From: Candidatus Omnitrophota bacterium
GTDB taxonomy: Bacteria > Omnitrophota > Gorgyraeia > 2-01-FULL-45-10
Reading direction: 5' to 3'
DNA length: 64,000 nt
NCBI GenBank assembly: GCA_026387175.1
Contig: JAPLME010000008.1
Coordinates: 77,091 to 141,090 of the forward strand
Position 1 is the stretch's first letter. Every line of letters starts with the position of its first letter. Of the stretch, positions 48,389-58,617 are shown piece after piece. Below the pieces are notes generated by a model. It did no database searches. It had not been told where the DNA came from and was given only the letters and a program-made list of their open reading frames with translations. Position numbers and translations under genes: made by a program.

Positions 48389-48574
48389 ATGAAAGTAAAG
48401 ATAGACGCTGATACCTGCATAGGTTGCGGCCTTTGCGTCAGCACATGCCCGGAAGTTTATAAGATGGAAGATGATAAGGCGGTAGTATACGTATCTGTTA
48501 TCCCGAAGGATGTCGAAGATACCTGTAAAAAAGCTGCCGATGATTGCCCCGTAACGGCAATATTGGTGTCATAA
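48389..48574 (+). CDS. fdx: small 4Fe-4S ferredoxin
   Basis: 61 aa with CIGCGLCVSTCP and a distal Cys. It has an SD (aggaagg). Confidence 0.7.
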   Translation: MKVKIDADTCIGCGLCVSTCPEVYKMEDDKAVVYVSVIPKDVEDTCKKAADDCPVTAILVS

Positions 48575-48589
48575 AGGATATAGAGGCGC

Positions 48590-50266
48590 TTGATGAACGA
48601 GTTTTCAGTTCTTATAGGCGGCAAGGCTGGCTTTGGTATAGACAAAGCCAGCCTTATTATTGCCAGCCTTCTGGGCCAGCTGGGATACAGGAGCTATATA
48701 TATCGCGATTATCCCTCGCTGATCCGCGGCGGGCACACTTTCTCTATCATCAGGGCATCGACAGAAAAGGTGGCTACGTACAGAGATCAGATAGACGCGC
48801 TTCTGGCTTTAAATCAGGAGACGGTCGACCTTCATAAAGCGAGACTGAAAGGAAGCGGCATTATCATCTATGATTCCGATTCTGTGAATGCCGGAACGGT
48901 TTCCGGCGTCAAGAACGCGATAGGCTTGCCGCTGACAAGCATTATCAAAGAAGAGAAGGCCGGAGAAATAATGCGCAACACCTGTATTATAGGCGCCTTC
49001 GCGAAGTCCATATCCATCGAGTGGAATACCCTTGACGCTACGTTCAGAAAGAACTTTTCGAAAGAACTGGACCAGAATTTGAAAGTGGCCAGGAGGGCCT
49101 TCGATACCTCGAAAGAATTTACTGCATTGAAGAAATTAGCAAAGGAGAGATTGCCGTTAGTCACCGGTAATGAGGCGGTTGCCCTCGGGCTTGTGAGAGC
49201 AGGGCTTAAGAGCTATATCGCATATCCGATGACGCCGTCTTCGCCTATACTGCACTATCTCGCGAACCTGGCGGAAGAGTTCGATCTGAAAGTCGTTCAC
49301 CCTGAGAGCGAGATATCCGTTATAATGATGGCGCTCGGGATTGTCTATTGCGGCCATAAGGTCGCTGTAGGGACATCCGGCGGCGGTTTTTGTCTGATGA
49401 CAGAGGGGCTCAGTTTCTCAGGAATGGCGGAGCTGCCTGTAGTGATAGTAATGGGGCAGAGGCCGGGACCGTCGACAGGGCTGCCCACCTATAGCTGTCA
49501 GACCGAACTTCAGTTTGTCTTAAGCGCCGGGCAGGGTGAATTTACGCGTTTTGTGATAGCACCCGGTGACGCCGAGGAAGCTTATTATGCTTCACAGCTG
49601 GCTCTGCAGATATCATGGAAATATCAGATCCCGTCTATAGTGCTTACCGATAAAGCGATGGCCGAAGGGACTTATAGTTTTGATATAGGTTCGTGCGATG
49701 AGATAAAAGAAGAGGCCGCGGCATTATGGGACGGCCGGCCGCCATACAAGCGTTACTCTAATACCGATAGCGGCGTATCGCCTCTGGCGTTTCCCGGTAA
49801 GCCCGGCGTGGTGATTAAGGCCAATAGTTATGAACATGACGAGGCCGGTATCTCTACGGAAGATCCGGCCGTTACGGTTAAGATGCAGGATAAGAGGCTT
49901 CGCAAAGAGAAATATCTGGCAGCGGAGCTGGAGAATTATGAGTCTGTGAAGGTCCACGGCAATAAGAATTCCGCTACGGCGCTATTATGCTGGGGATCTA
50001 ACAAGGGTGTCTGCGTCGAGATCGCGAATATGCTGAATTTGAAAGTCATACAACCTGTTATTATGTCGCCTTTTCCGGCAGGGCGGTTCCGCAAGGCGCT
50101 CGAAGGCGTAAACAAAGTTATAGCGGTGGAAAATAACGCTATGGGACAGCTCACAAAAGTTATTAATACCTATGGGTTCAATGTCAATGCATCCATATTG
50201 AAATATGACGGCAGGGATTTCAGCCTCGAAGAACTGGAAGACAGGGTGAGGAAGGTGATAGGGTGA
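48590..50266 (+). CDS. korA: 2-oxoacid:ferredoxin oxidoreductase alpha subunit (fused alpha/gamma type)
   Basis: 558 aa. It has the N-terminal gamma-like domain and the YPMTPSSPI motif of OFOR alpha subunits. Confidence 0.8.
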   Translation: MMNEFSVLIGGKAGFGIDKASLIIASLLGQLGYRSYIYRDYPSLIRGGHTFSIIRASTEKVATYRDQIDALLALNQETVDLHKARLKGSGIIIYDSDSVNAGTVSGVKNAIGLPLTSIIKEEKAGEIMRNTCIIGAFAKSISIEWNTLDATFRKNFSKELDQNLKVARRAFDTSKEFTALKKLAKERLPLVTGNEAVALGLVRAGLKSYIAYPMTPSSPILHYLANLAEEFDLKVVHPESEISVIMMALGIVYCGHKVAVGTSGGGFCLMTEGLSFSGMAELPVVIVMGQRPGPSTGLPTYSCQTELQFVLSAGQGEFTRFVIAPGDAEEAYYASQLALQISWKYQIPSIVLTDKAMAEGTYSFDIGSCDEIKEEAAALWDGRPPYKRYSNTDSGVSPLAFPGKPGVVIKANSYEHDEAGISTEDPAVTVKMQDKRLRKEKYLAAELENYESVKVHGNKNSATALLCWGSNKGVCVEIANMLNLKVIQPVIMSPFPAGRFRKALEGVNKVIAVENNAMGQLTKVINTYGFNVNASILKYDGRDFSLEELEDRVRKVIG

Positions 50267-51105
50267 TACTAAACACTAACGCGAAGAACACCTGGTGCAT
50301 CGGCTGCGGAAATTTCGCTATCTTAAACGCGATCAAGGCCGTTATAAATGAGCTTGTGGCGGAAGGATTGCCTGTCGAGAATATCGTGCTGGTATCCGGT
50401 ATCGGATGTCATGCGAAGATAGTTGATTACATTGATGTAAATAGTTTCTATTCTCTCCATGGCCGCGTTATCCCTCCGGCGACCGGCATCAAGATCGCAA
50501 ATCCTCATCTCAAAGTGATAGGCCACTCAGGTGACGGAGACGCTTACGGGGAAGGCATCGAACACCTTATATTCGCCGCCAAGCGCAATATAGATATCAC
50601 GGTTATCGTGCATAATAACAGGGTATACGGACTGACGACGGGACAATACACGCCGACTTCGCCTGAAGGATACAAGGGGCGATCGACGCCTTACGGCACG
50701 AAAGAGATGCCGATGAATCCTCTCGAGATAATGCTGGCCTCCGGTGCGACATTCATCGGCCGGGGCACATCGGGCGCGATGGAATCACTCAAGAAGATCA
50801 TCAAGGAAGCGATAGCTCATAAAGGTTTCTCGATAGTCGACGTCCTCCAGACCTGCGTCACATATTACAATATGTACGATTACTACGATAAGAGAGTTTA
50901 CGAATTAAAGGACCACGACCCGTATAATTACGATCAGGCGATAGGTAAGATAAGGGAATGGGACTATAATAAAGACGCCAAGATCCCGATCGGCGTATTT
51001 TATAAGAGGGAATCGCCGGTATTCGAAGAGAGCTTTAAGCCTTCCGGCGCCGAGGGCCGCGACAGAAGCAATGGTATAAAAAAGATATTGGCGGAATCCG
51101 TCTAA
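50263..51105 (+). CDS. korB: 2-oxoacid:ferredoxin oxidoreductase beta subunit (TPP-binding)
   Basis: 280 aa. It has the motifs SGIGCH and GDGD...G for TPP and Mg binding. Confidence 0.8.
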   Translation: MILNTNAKNTWCIGCGNFAILNAIKAVINELVAEGLPVENIVLVSGIGCHAKIVDYIDVNSFYSLHGRVIPPATGIKIANPHLKVIGHSGDGDAYGEGIEHLIFAAKRNIDITVIVHNNRVYGLTTGQYTPTSPEGYKGRSTPYGTKEMPMNPLEIMLASGATFIGRGTSGAMESLKKIIKEAIAHKGFSIVDVLQTCVTYYNMYDYYDKRVYELKDHDPYNYDQAIGKIREWDYNKDAKIPIGVFYKRESPVFEESFKPSGAEGRDRSNGIKKILAESV

Positions 51106-51106
51106 T

Positions 51107-51802
51107 ATGGATCCTAACGTTCTGCATAATTTAAGTTACGGGATGTATATAGTTTCGTCCAGTAAAGGGGACCTGTTGAACGCCCAGATAGTGAATACCG
51201 TATTTCAGATAACGAGCGACCCCGTGACGATAGGGATAAGCGTTAATAATAAAAATCTTACACATGAGTATATCGAGTCGAGCAGGCGTTTTGCGTTATC
51301 GATCCTGGATGAGAAGACGCCGCTGTCATTCATAGGTAAGTTCGGATTCAAGTCCGGCAGGACCGTGGATAAATTTAAAGGCACCAATTTTATTAAACTT
51401 ACCTCAGGGTGCCCTGTGGTATTGGACAATGCCCTATGCTACATAGAGGCTAAAGTTATTAAGGAGCTGGACTGTTTTACGCATACCCTGTTTATAGGCG
51501 AGATGACGGACTCGAAGATGTTAAAGACAGGCAGGCCGATGACGTATGATTACTACCACCAGGAGAAACGCGGAACGACGCCATCGTCCGCGCCGACTTT
51601 TATAAAAGAAGAGATGGTTGGAATAAAAAGGGAGGTTACCATGCAGAAGTACAGATGTACCGTGTGTAATTACATATATGATCCGGCTATAGGTGATCCC
51701 GACAGCGGCGTGCAGCCCGGGACCGCATTCGAGAAATTGCCGGACAATTGGGTCTGCCCTGTATGCGGCGCGGATAAATCAGAGTTTGTGAAGGAGGGTT
51801 AA
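51107..51802 (+). CDS. flavin reductase-like domain fused to rubredoxin (high-molecular-weight rubredoxin type)
   Basis: The N-terminal ~170 aa are a flavin-reductase-like FMN domain. The C-terminus has [10 protein letters not shown]...WVCPVCG, the rubredoxin CxxCG...CPxCG motif. Confidence 0.75.
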   Translation: MDPNVLHNLSYGMYIVSSSKGDLLNAQIVNTVFQITSDPVTIGISVNNKNLTHEYIESSRRFALSILDEKTPLSFIGKFGFKSGRTVDKFKGTNFIKLTSGCPVVLDNALCYIEAKVIKELDCFTHTLFIGEMTDSKMLKTGRPMTYDYYHQEKRGTTPSSAPTFIKEEMVGIKREVTMQKYRCTVCNYIYDPAIGDPDSGVQPGTAFEKLPDNWVCPVCGADKSEFVKEG

Positions 51803-51805
51803 CCG

Positions 51806-52993
51806 ATGGTGCCGGTCGAAATAAAGAAAGGCATCTACTGGGTCGGCGTGATCGACTGGAATATGAGAAGTTTCCATGGACATACTTTCGCGACGAAACG
51901 CGGCACCACCTATAATGCCTATTTGATCGTCGATGAAAAGATAGCCCTGATCGATACTGTATACGGGCCATTTGCGAACGAATTAATAGAGAAGATACGG
52001 GCCATAGTGCCGCCTGAGAAGATCGACTATGTGATCGCGAACCACGTCGAGACGGACCATTCCGGAGCGTTACCTGCGCTTATGAAGTTATGCCCGAAGA
52101 CTAAGGTATATGGCACTCAGAAGTGCAAAGAGGGCCTCTATAAGAACTATTATGGCAATTGGGACTTTCAGGTTGTGAAGACGGGCGATACATTGAAACT
52201 CGGAAAGCGCACCCTTACATTTATCGAGGCCCCGATGATCCATTGGCCGGACTCGATGTTCACCTATTGCCGCGAAGAAGAGCTTTTGATGCCGAATGAC
52301 GCGTTCGGCCAGCATCTGGCGACGAGCGAGCGATTCGATGATGAGGTGGACCAGTGCGTGCTGATGGATGAAGCTGCCAAATATTACGCGAATATACTTA
52401 TCCCGTTCGGAGCTATAATTTCGCGCAAGATCGATGAGATATTGAAGATGAATGTGCCGGTCAATATGATCGCCCCGAGCCACGGTATAATCTGGCGCAA
52501 GGATCCGGGGAAGATAGTCAAATCGTATGTTTCATGGGCGGGCAATGAGACGAAGAAGAAGGCTGTGATCGTATACGAAACTATGTGGGGATCGACCGGG
52601 AAGATGGCCGTTCGTATTGCGGAGGGGTTGAGGGACACAGGGGTAGAAGTGAAGTTGTATGATATAGCGCAGTCAGACCGGACAGAGGTGGTAAAGGAGC
52701 TCCTGGACGCGAAAGGATATATCATCGGCTCATCGACGCATGATAATGACATGCTGCCGTCGATAGCCGCATTTATGTCATTTCTTAAAGGCCTAAAGCC
52801 TAAGAATAGAGTCGCTGCCGCGTTCGGTTCTTACGGATGGGGTTCCGGTGCTGTCGCCTCGATAGAAAAAGAGCTTAAAGAAGCCGGTATAGAGATAGCT
52901 CAAGCGCCAATAGCTTTTAAGTACGTGCCGGACGACAACGAAAATAAGAAGTGTTACGAATTCGGCGTAGAATTCGCTAAAAAGTGCGGTTAA
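51806..52993 (+). CDS. fprA: flavodiiron protein (rubredoxin:oxygen/NO oxidoreductase)
   Basis: 395 aa with a metallo-beta-lactamase-like diiron domain (ANHVETDHSG) and a C-terminal flavodoxin-like domain. Confidence 0.8.
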   Translation: MVPVEIKKGIYWVGVIDWNMRSFHGHTFATKRGTTYNAYLIVDEKIALIDTVYGPFANELIEKIRAIVPPEKIDYVIANHVETDHSGALPALMKLCPKTKVYGTQKCKEGLYKNYYGNWDFQVVKTGDTLKLGKRTLTFIEAPMIHWPDSMFTYCREEELLMPNDAFGQHLATSERFDDEVDQCVLMDEAAKYYANILIPFGAIISRKIDEILKMNVPVNMIAPSHGIIWRKDPGKIVKSYVSWAGNETKKKAVIVYETMWGSTGKMAVRIAEGLRDTGVEVKLYDIAQSDRTEVVKELLDAKGYIIGSSTHDNDMLPSIAAFMSFLKGLKPKNRVAAAFGSYGWGSGAVASIEKELKEAGIEIAQAPIAFKYVPDDNENKKCYEFGVEFAKKCG

Positions 52994-53017
52994 CGGGTAA
53001 ATAAAAAGGGAGGTAAT

Positions 53018-53500
53018 ATGGGTAAGAGAGCCAGAGAGATAACGGGATTGGATGTGAAAGATCTGATAAAGGATCTCGATAAAGCGTATTGCGACGAATG
53101 GCTTGCGTATTACGCATGGTGGTACATGGGCCAGGCTGTCGATGGCAAGGGATATGAGGATATGCAGGAGTTCCTGCTGGATATCGCTAAAGACGAGCTC
53201 GAGCATGCGACGGAGCTGGCGGAGAGAATAATAGAGCTCGGCGGGCTTCCGACTAATATCCCAACGCTCCTTGTAAAGGGGTCGAACGGCGGTTATCCCG
53301 GGGTCATGAAGAGCCTGAGCGATTACGATGAGATCATAAAGATCGTGACCAAAGCCGAGGCGGGCGCGATAGATGTGTATAATAAGCTTGCCAAGAAGAC
53401 TTTCGGCAAAGATCATGATACATATCAGCTTGCTGTGCATATCCTAGGCGAGGAAATTGGACATGAAGAAAAATTCGAGAACCTCATAGGTAGTAAGTAA
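53018..53500 (+). CDS. ferritin-like diiron protein (bacterioferritin/Dps-like)
   Basis: 160 aa with four-helix-bundle ExxH motifs (DELEHA; EEIGHEE) and a strong SD (aagggagg). Confidence 0.6.
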   Translation: MGKRAREITGLDVKDLIKDLDKAYCDEWLAYYAWWYMGQAVDGKGYEDMQEFLLDIAKDELEHATELAERIIELGGLPTNIPTLLVKGSNGGYPGVMKSLSDYDEIIKIVTKAEAGAIDVYNKLAKKTFGKDHDTYQLAVHILGEEIGHEEKFENLIGSK

Positions 53501-53523
53501 ATTTTTAAGGACGAGAGAGGGTA

Positions 53524-53733
53524 GGCGAAAATATCTCTTCTGTATCGTCAGATGGCGGAACTTTCGGGCGATGCTGGAGCGACTTTCTGAAATTCCGATA
53601 CCTATAGGCGGTTTAGGCTTCACCATCGGAATTTTAGCAACAGCGAGCGAGGAAGCCTATTCCGAGCGAGCGGCAAGCGGAAGCATTGACCGAAAGTAAA
53701 CGCCGGATTGAGGTGCTTATAAGATATTTTCGC
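53524..53733 (+). repeat. copy B of the terminal-inverted-repeat element, carrying a nested 87-bp insertion
   Basis: It shares ggcgaaaatatctct...gatggcggaactttcgggcgatgctggagcga and gcggcaagcggaagcattg.ccgaaagtaaacgccgga...gatattttcgc with copy A. An 87-bp insert (53583-53669) is flanked by a gagcga duplication and carries its own inverted repeat (aaattccgat...atcggaatttt). Confidence 0.6.
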
Positions 53734-53752
53734 ATTAACGAAGGAGGATGAT

Positions 53753-54148
53753 ATGGCAGAGCTTAAAGACTTGTTGCAGAGCGCTGACTGGAAGAAGGAG
53801 AAGCACGTTCCGGTTATAGATGCCCCGGACAGCGCGAAGAAGGGTGACGTGGTGAAGATATCGGTGACCGTGGGCAAAGAGATCGCCCACCCGAATACGA
53901 CCGAGCACCATATAAGATGGATCGAGGTCTATTTTATGTCAGACGGCGAGAAGTTTCCGTGCCAGATAGGACGCTTCGACTTCACGGCCCATGGTGAATC
54001 GGCTCAAGGTCCCAACACGAGCACGATATTTACGAGCCCGGATGTTGCCCTTAGTTTTAAGACCGAGAAGAGTGGGGTCATAATGGCTTCGTCTTATTGC
54101 AATATACACGGCCTCTGGGCGAGCTCAAAGAGACTGGAAATTAAATAG
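53753..54148 (+). CDS. sor: superoxide reductase (1Fe-SOR, neelaredoxin type)
   Basis: 131 aa with the EKHVPVI motif and the C-terminal CNIHGLW Fe-ligand motif. It has an SD (aaggagg). Confidence 0.8.
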   Translation: MAELKDLLQSADWKKEKHVPVIDAPDSAKKGDVVKISVTVGKEIAHPNTTEHHIRWIEVYFMSDGEKFPCQIGRFDFTAHGESAQGPNTSTIFTSPDVALSFKTEKSGVIMASSYCNIHGLWASSKRLEIK

Positions 54149-54151
54149 CGC

Positions 54152-54796
54152 GTGGCATCGTTCGATACCATATTATTCGATGTCGACGGCACCCTCGTTG
54201 ACGCGACGTCCGACATTGCCAATGCGATGAACCATGCTCTGCGCATGCTGAAGCTGCCAGAACTACCTAAAGAAACTATAGTGTCATACATAGGTGCCGG
54301 CGTTAAGTATCTGATAAGGAATAGCATTGGCACCGACGATGATGCGATCATCGAAAAAGGCACGAAACTTTACGTCGACCACTATCTTGCCCATGCGGCT
54401 GACGAAACCGTCCTTTATCCGCATGTGACGGATATTCTGGAATATCTAAAGGGCAAGAGAAAATTTATATTTACCAATAGATATGCGTCGTTCGCCGATG
54501 TGGCGCTTCGAGCCCTGGGCGTGCGTAATTATTTCGAGGCGATAATAGGCGGGGACGATGAGAACTGCATTAAACCTTCAGCCTGTTCAGTGGACAGGAT
54601 AGTGAAAAAGTTCGGTATCGATAAGAGCAAGTCTTTGATAGTGGGCGATATGGATATCGACGTAATGACCGGAAAGAATTCCGGCATAAAGACATGCTGG
54701 GTTACGTACGGGCTGGGCAAGATAGAAGAGGTAGGCCCTCTGAGGCCGGAATATATAATAGATGATCTGATAGAGCTGAAAGATATAGTAAAATGA
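54152..54796 (+). CDS. HAD-superfamily hydrolase (phosphoglycolate phosphatase-like)
   Basis: 214 aa with the HAD motif I FDVDGTL and the motif GDMDIDVMTG. It has a GTG start. Confidence 0.65.
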   Translation: MASFDTILFDVDGTLVDATSDIANAMNHALRMLKLPELPKETIVSYIGAGVKYLIRNSIGTDDDAIIEKGTKLYVDHYLAHAADETVLYPHVTDILEYLKGKRKFIFTNRYASFADVALRALGVRNYFEAIIGGDDENCIKPSACSVDRIVKKFGIDKSKSLIVGDMDIDVMTGKNSGIKTCWVTYGLGKIEEVGPLRPEYIIDDLIELKDIVK

Positions 54797-54858
54797 GGCC
54801 GATATCGGGGATATCGGCACTTAGCCTACGATAAGGCTGAATAAACTAGGAGGGGACT

Positions 54859-55095
54859 ATGGCAAAAAAAGTGACAGTTTACTCGACGCCTACATGTCCG
54901 TTCTGCATAAGAGCGAAGCAGTACCTGAAAGATAATAATATCCAGTTTACCGAATATGATGTCGGCTCGGATCCGGCTAAGGCGCAGGAGATGATAGATA
55001 AGTCGGCCCAGATGGGAGTTCCGGTGATCGAGATCGATGGTAAGATCGTTATCGGGTTCGACAAAGAAAAGATAAATGAGGCATTAAGTCTATAA
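54859..55095 (+). CDS. glutaredoxin-like protein (NrdH/Grx fold)
   Basis: 78 aa with the CPFC active site near the N-terminus (VYSTPTCPFCIRAK). Confidence 0.65.
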   Translation: MAKKVTVYSTPTCPFCIRAKQYLKDNNIQFTEYDVGSDPAKAQEMIDKSAQMGVPVIEIDGKIVIGFDKEKINEALSL

Positions 55096-56000
55096 TGGTC
55101 TACGACCTTATCGTGATAGGCGCGGGTCCTGCGGGCATAACCGCCGCTGTATATGCCGCGCGCAAAAAGCTGAATTTTCTGGTAGTAACCGGGGATATAG
55201 GCGGCCAGACCGCCTGGTCGGGCGACATAGAAAATTATACAGGTTATCAGTTTATCACGGGCCCGGAACTTGCCGCTAAGTTTGAAGAGCATATGCGCAC
55301 ATATGGCATATCGGTCAGGGAAGGCGAGGAAGTACGCGAGATCGCCAGGCGCGAGGACTCTATTTATGTCAGGACCGATAAGGCCGAGTATTTTGCTAAA
55401 ACAGCTATAATAGCTTCCGGCAAGGCTTCAAAAGAGCTCGGTGTTCCGGGGGAGAAAGAATTTAAGAACAGAGGGCTGACATATTGCGCTACCTGCGACG
55501 GCCCGCTATTTTCAGGTAAGCAGGTGGCGATAATAGGCGGAGGCAATTCGGCGCTGGACGCCGGCATGCAGCTTATCAAGATAGCTAAAAAGGTCTATAT
55601 GATCAATAATACCCCTCAACTTGGCGGAGATGCCGTGATGCGCGAGAAGATCGAGGCGAGTCCTGTAGTTCAAATCCTGAATGGCGCCGAGGTCCTTGCG
55701 ATCGTCGGAGGCAAGATGGTGTCGGGCATAAGGGTGAAGAAGGATCTTAAGGAAGAACTGATACCGGTAGAGGGTGTATTCGTCGAGATAGGGCTCACCC
55801 CGAACTCAAAATTCGTTAAAGGCGTAGATAAGAACGAACGCGGCGAGATAAAGATAAATTCCAGAAATGAGACGAATGTCGCCGGCGTCTTTGCCGCGGG
55901 CGACGTTACGGATGTTCCCGAAAAACAGATCGTCATAGCGGCCGGCGAAGGATCGAAGGCCGCGCTCTCCGCATTCAAATATATAAGCCGCAATAGATGA
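55095..56000 (+). CDS. trxB: thioredoxin-disulfide reductase
   Basis: 301 aa with FAD and NAD(P) GxGxxG/A motifs and the redox-active CATCDG. Confidence 0.8.
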   Translation: MVYDLIVIGAGPAGITAAVYAARKKLNFLVVTGDIGGQTAWSGDIENYTGYQFITGPELAAKFEEHMRTYGISVREGEEVREIARREDSIYVRTDKAEYFAKTAIIASGKASKELGVPGEKEFKNRGLTYCATCDGPLFSGKQVAIIGGGNSALDAGMQLIKIAKKVYMINNTPQLGGDAVMREKIEASPVVQILNGAEVLAIVGGKMVSGIRVKKDLKEELIPVEGVFVEIGLTPNSKFVKGVDKNERGEIKINSRNETNVAGVFAAGDVTDVPEKQIVIAAGEGSKAALSAFKYISRNR

Positions 56001-56701
56001 AAAACTTTTTACCGTTTCCCGTACCAAGGCCCCGCTCGCAGGAAGATATCTCCCCCAAAGAGCTCATCGCGCATTATAATAAGATCAAACCCGAGATAAA
56101 ACGGCGCATAGCGGAGTTCCGCAGTATAATAAAAAGCGGCAGCGAGCAGGATATTTTCGCGGAACTATGTTTCTGCATACTTACCGCGAACGCTAATGCC
56201 GTCAAATGCCATGAGGCCATAAAAGAATTATCCGGCTGCGATCTTTTAGCAGGCGCTCCGGCTTGCAGGATAAGGCCGAAGCTTAAAGGGCGCGCCAGAT
56301 TCCACAATAAAAAAGCCGATTATATCGTCGGCGTCAGGAAGACCTTTATAGACCCCGGGGGTCTAGGCGGTCTGTGTATTAAAGCCAAGCTGGATAAGAA
56401 AGATATAATAGGTACCCGCGACTGGCTTGTAAACAGTATAAAAGGTTACGGATATAAAGAGGCCAGCCATTTTCTTCGCAATATAGGCCTCGGCTCGGAC
56501 ATAGCTATTCTCGACCGGCACGTATTGAAGAACCTGAAGAGATACAGCGTTATAGATAAGATACCTGCTTCAATGGGCCCGCGAAAAGTCTACATCGAAA
56601 TAGAAGAGAAGATGCGCTCTTTTTCAAGGGACATCGGAATACCGATGGATGAACTAGATCTTCTATTCTGGTCGATGCAGACCGGATTTATATTTAAATA
56701 G
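55997..56701 (+). CDS. ogg: 8-oxoguanine DNA glycosylase/AP lyase, short archaeal-type Ogg (HhH-GPD superfamily)
   Basis: 234 aa. It resembles type-2 Ogg proteins (EQDIFAELCFCILTANANA; the GYGYKEASHFLRNIGL HhH region). The assignment is by overall resemblance. Confidence 0.55.
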   Translation: MKNFLPFPVPRPRSQEDISPKELIAHYNKIKPEIKRRIAEFRSIIKSGSEQDIFAELCFCILTANANAVKCHEAIKELSGCDLLAGAPACRIRPKLKGRARFHNKKADYIVGVRKTFIDPGGLGGLCIKAKLDKKDIIGTRDWLVNSIKGYGYKEASHFLRNIGLGSDIAILDRHVLKNLKRYSVIDKIPASMGPRKVYIEIEEKMRSFSRDIGIPMDELDLLFWSMQTGFIFK

Positions 56702-56708
56702 GAGCGTT

Positions 56709-58613
56709 ATGCACGGCGTTACATTGTTTACCGAATACGATATCCATCTATTCAGGGAAGGTAGCCACTTCCGTCTTCATGAAAAACTTGGATCACATAT
56801 AATGACCGTGAATAAGGTCACAGGCGTATATTTTGCCGTATGGGCGCCTAATGCGGAATACGTATCGGTAGTCGGAGAATTTAACGGGTGGGACACGCAG
56901 TCCCATGCGATGGAAGTCAGGTGGGATGGTTCCGGGATCTGGGAGGCTTTCATCCCCGGTATAGGAAATGGGACCCTTTATAAATATTATATACGATCGA
57001 AATTCAATAATTATACCGTTGAGAAAGGGGACCCATTCGCGCTTCGCTGGGAAACTCCGCCGAAGACCGCCTCGATGGTGTGGGATACTACATATGAATG
57101 GGGCGATCGTTCCTGGTTAGATGAACGCCCAAAGCGTAACGCGCTATCTTCGCCTATATCCGTCTATGAGGTACACCTGGGGTCATGGAGGAGGGTTCCC
57201 GAAGAGGGCAACCGTTCCCTGGCGTATAGAGAGATTGCTCCTCTTCTCGCTGACTATATCAAAGAGATGGGATTCACTCATGTAGAGTTCATGCCCGTCA
57301 TGGAACATCCATTTTACGGTTCTTGGGGATATCAGATAACCGGATTTTTCGCGCCGACTTCCCGTTACGGTACGCCGCAGGATTTCATGTACCTTGTAGA
57401 TTACCTTCACCAAGAGGGGATAGGGGTGATCCTGGACTGGGTGCCTTCGCATTTTCCCGATGACCAGCACGGATTGATATATTTCGACGGCACGCATCTT
57501 TACGAACACGCGGACCCGCGTAAGGCCCTCCAACCCGAATGGAAGAGTTTCATATTTAACTATGGCCGCAACGAAGTCCGCAACTTCCTGGTCTCAAGCG
57601 CGATCTTCTGGTGCGACCGGTATCATGCCGACGGCATTCGCATCGACGCCGTCGCGTCTATGCTCTATCTGGACTATGCCCGGAAAGAGGGCGAATGGAT
57701 ACCTAACCAGTTCGGCGGCCGGGAGAATCTCGAGGCGGTGAGCTTTCTTAAGCATCTGAACGAAAGCGTCTATAAGGAATTTCCTTCCGTGCAGATCATT
57801 GCGGAAGAATCCACTGCCTGGCCGATGGTCACCCGTCCCATATATGACGGAGGCCTGGGGTTCGGCATGAAGTGGAACATGGGATGGATGCACGATATGC
57901 TCGAATATATTTCAAAAGATCCCATATTCCGAAAATACCACCATGGCTTGCTCACGTTCAGTCTCTTGTATGCCTTTACGGAGAATTTCATGCTGCCGTT
58001 ATCTCACGATGAAGTGACGCACGGCAAAGGGTCCCTTCTGAATAAAATACCGGGAGACTTATGGCAGAAATGCGCGGGGCTTCGCCAGCTGCTCGGATAC
58101 ATGTGGACGCATCCGGGAAAGAAGCTTCTCTTCATGGGATGCGAATTCGGCTCTACGGGAGAATGGAACCATGATCAGAGCCTGGACTGGCACATGTTGA
58201 GCGATCCCGGGCATCCGGGTATTCAGCGCTGGATGCGCGATTTGAACCATTTTTATAAGAACGAACCGGCTCTGTATGAGATAGATTTTTCATATGAAGG
58301 GTTCGAATGGGTCGATATAAAAGATTACGAAGAAAGCGTTATCTCTTTCCTCAGGAAAAGCCGCTCCAACCCGGCCGATACGCTCCTCATAGTCTGTAAT
58401 TTTACGCCTGTGCCGCGTTATAATTATCGTGTCGGTGTGCCCGCAGAAGGTTTCTGGAGAGAGGAGCTGAACAGCGATGCTCTGGAATATGGCGGAAGCG
58501 GCCAGGGCAATCTCGGCGGAGTCCTGTCCGAGTCCGTATCCTCCCACGGAAGGAGCCATTCCTTATCATTGATTCTCCCACCGCTTGGAATATTGATATT
58601 TAAAAGAGCATAA
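56709..58613 (+). CDS. glgB: 1,4-alpha-glucan branching enzyme (short form lacking the N1 domain)
   Basis: 634 aa. It has a CBM48-like N-terminus and GH13 regions (DWVPSHF; GIRIDAVASMLY; AEEST; SHDEV). Confidence 0.85.
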   Translation: MHGVTLFTEYDIHLFREGSHFRLHEKLGSHIMTVNKVTGVYFAVWAPNAEYVSVVGEFNGWDTQSHAMEVRWDGSGIWEAFIPGIGNGTLYKYYIRSKFNNYTVEKGDPFALRWETPPKTASMVWDTTYEWGDRSWLDERPKRNALSSPISVYEVHLGSWRRVPEEGNRSLAYREIAPLLADYIKEMGFTHVEFMPVMEHPFYGSWGYQITGFFAPTSRYGTPQDFMYLVDYLHQEGIGVILDWVPSHFPDDQHGLIYFDGTHLYEHADPRKALQPEWKSFIFNYGRNEVRNFLVSSAIFWCDRYHADGIRIDAVASMLYLDYARKEGEWIPNQFGGRENLEAVSFLKHLNESVYKEFPSVQIIAEESTAWPMVTRPIYDGGLGFGMKWNMGWMHDMLEYISKDPIFRKYHHGLLTFSLLYAFTENFMLPLSHDEVTHGKGSLLNKIPGDLWQKCAGLRQLLGYMWTHPGKKLLFMGCEFGSTGEWNHDQSLDWHMLSDPGHPGIQRWMRDLNHFYKNEPALYEIDFSYEGFEWVDIKDYEESVISFLRKSRSNPADTLLIVCNFTPVPRYNYRVGVPAEGFWREELNSDALEYGGSGQGNLGGVLSESVSSHGRSHSLSLILPPLGILIFKRA

Positions 58614-58617
58614 TTTC

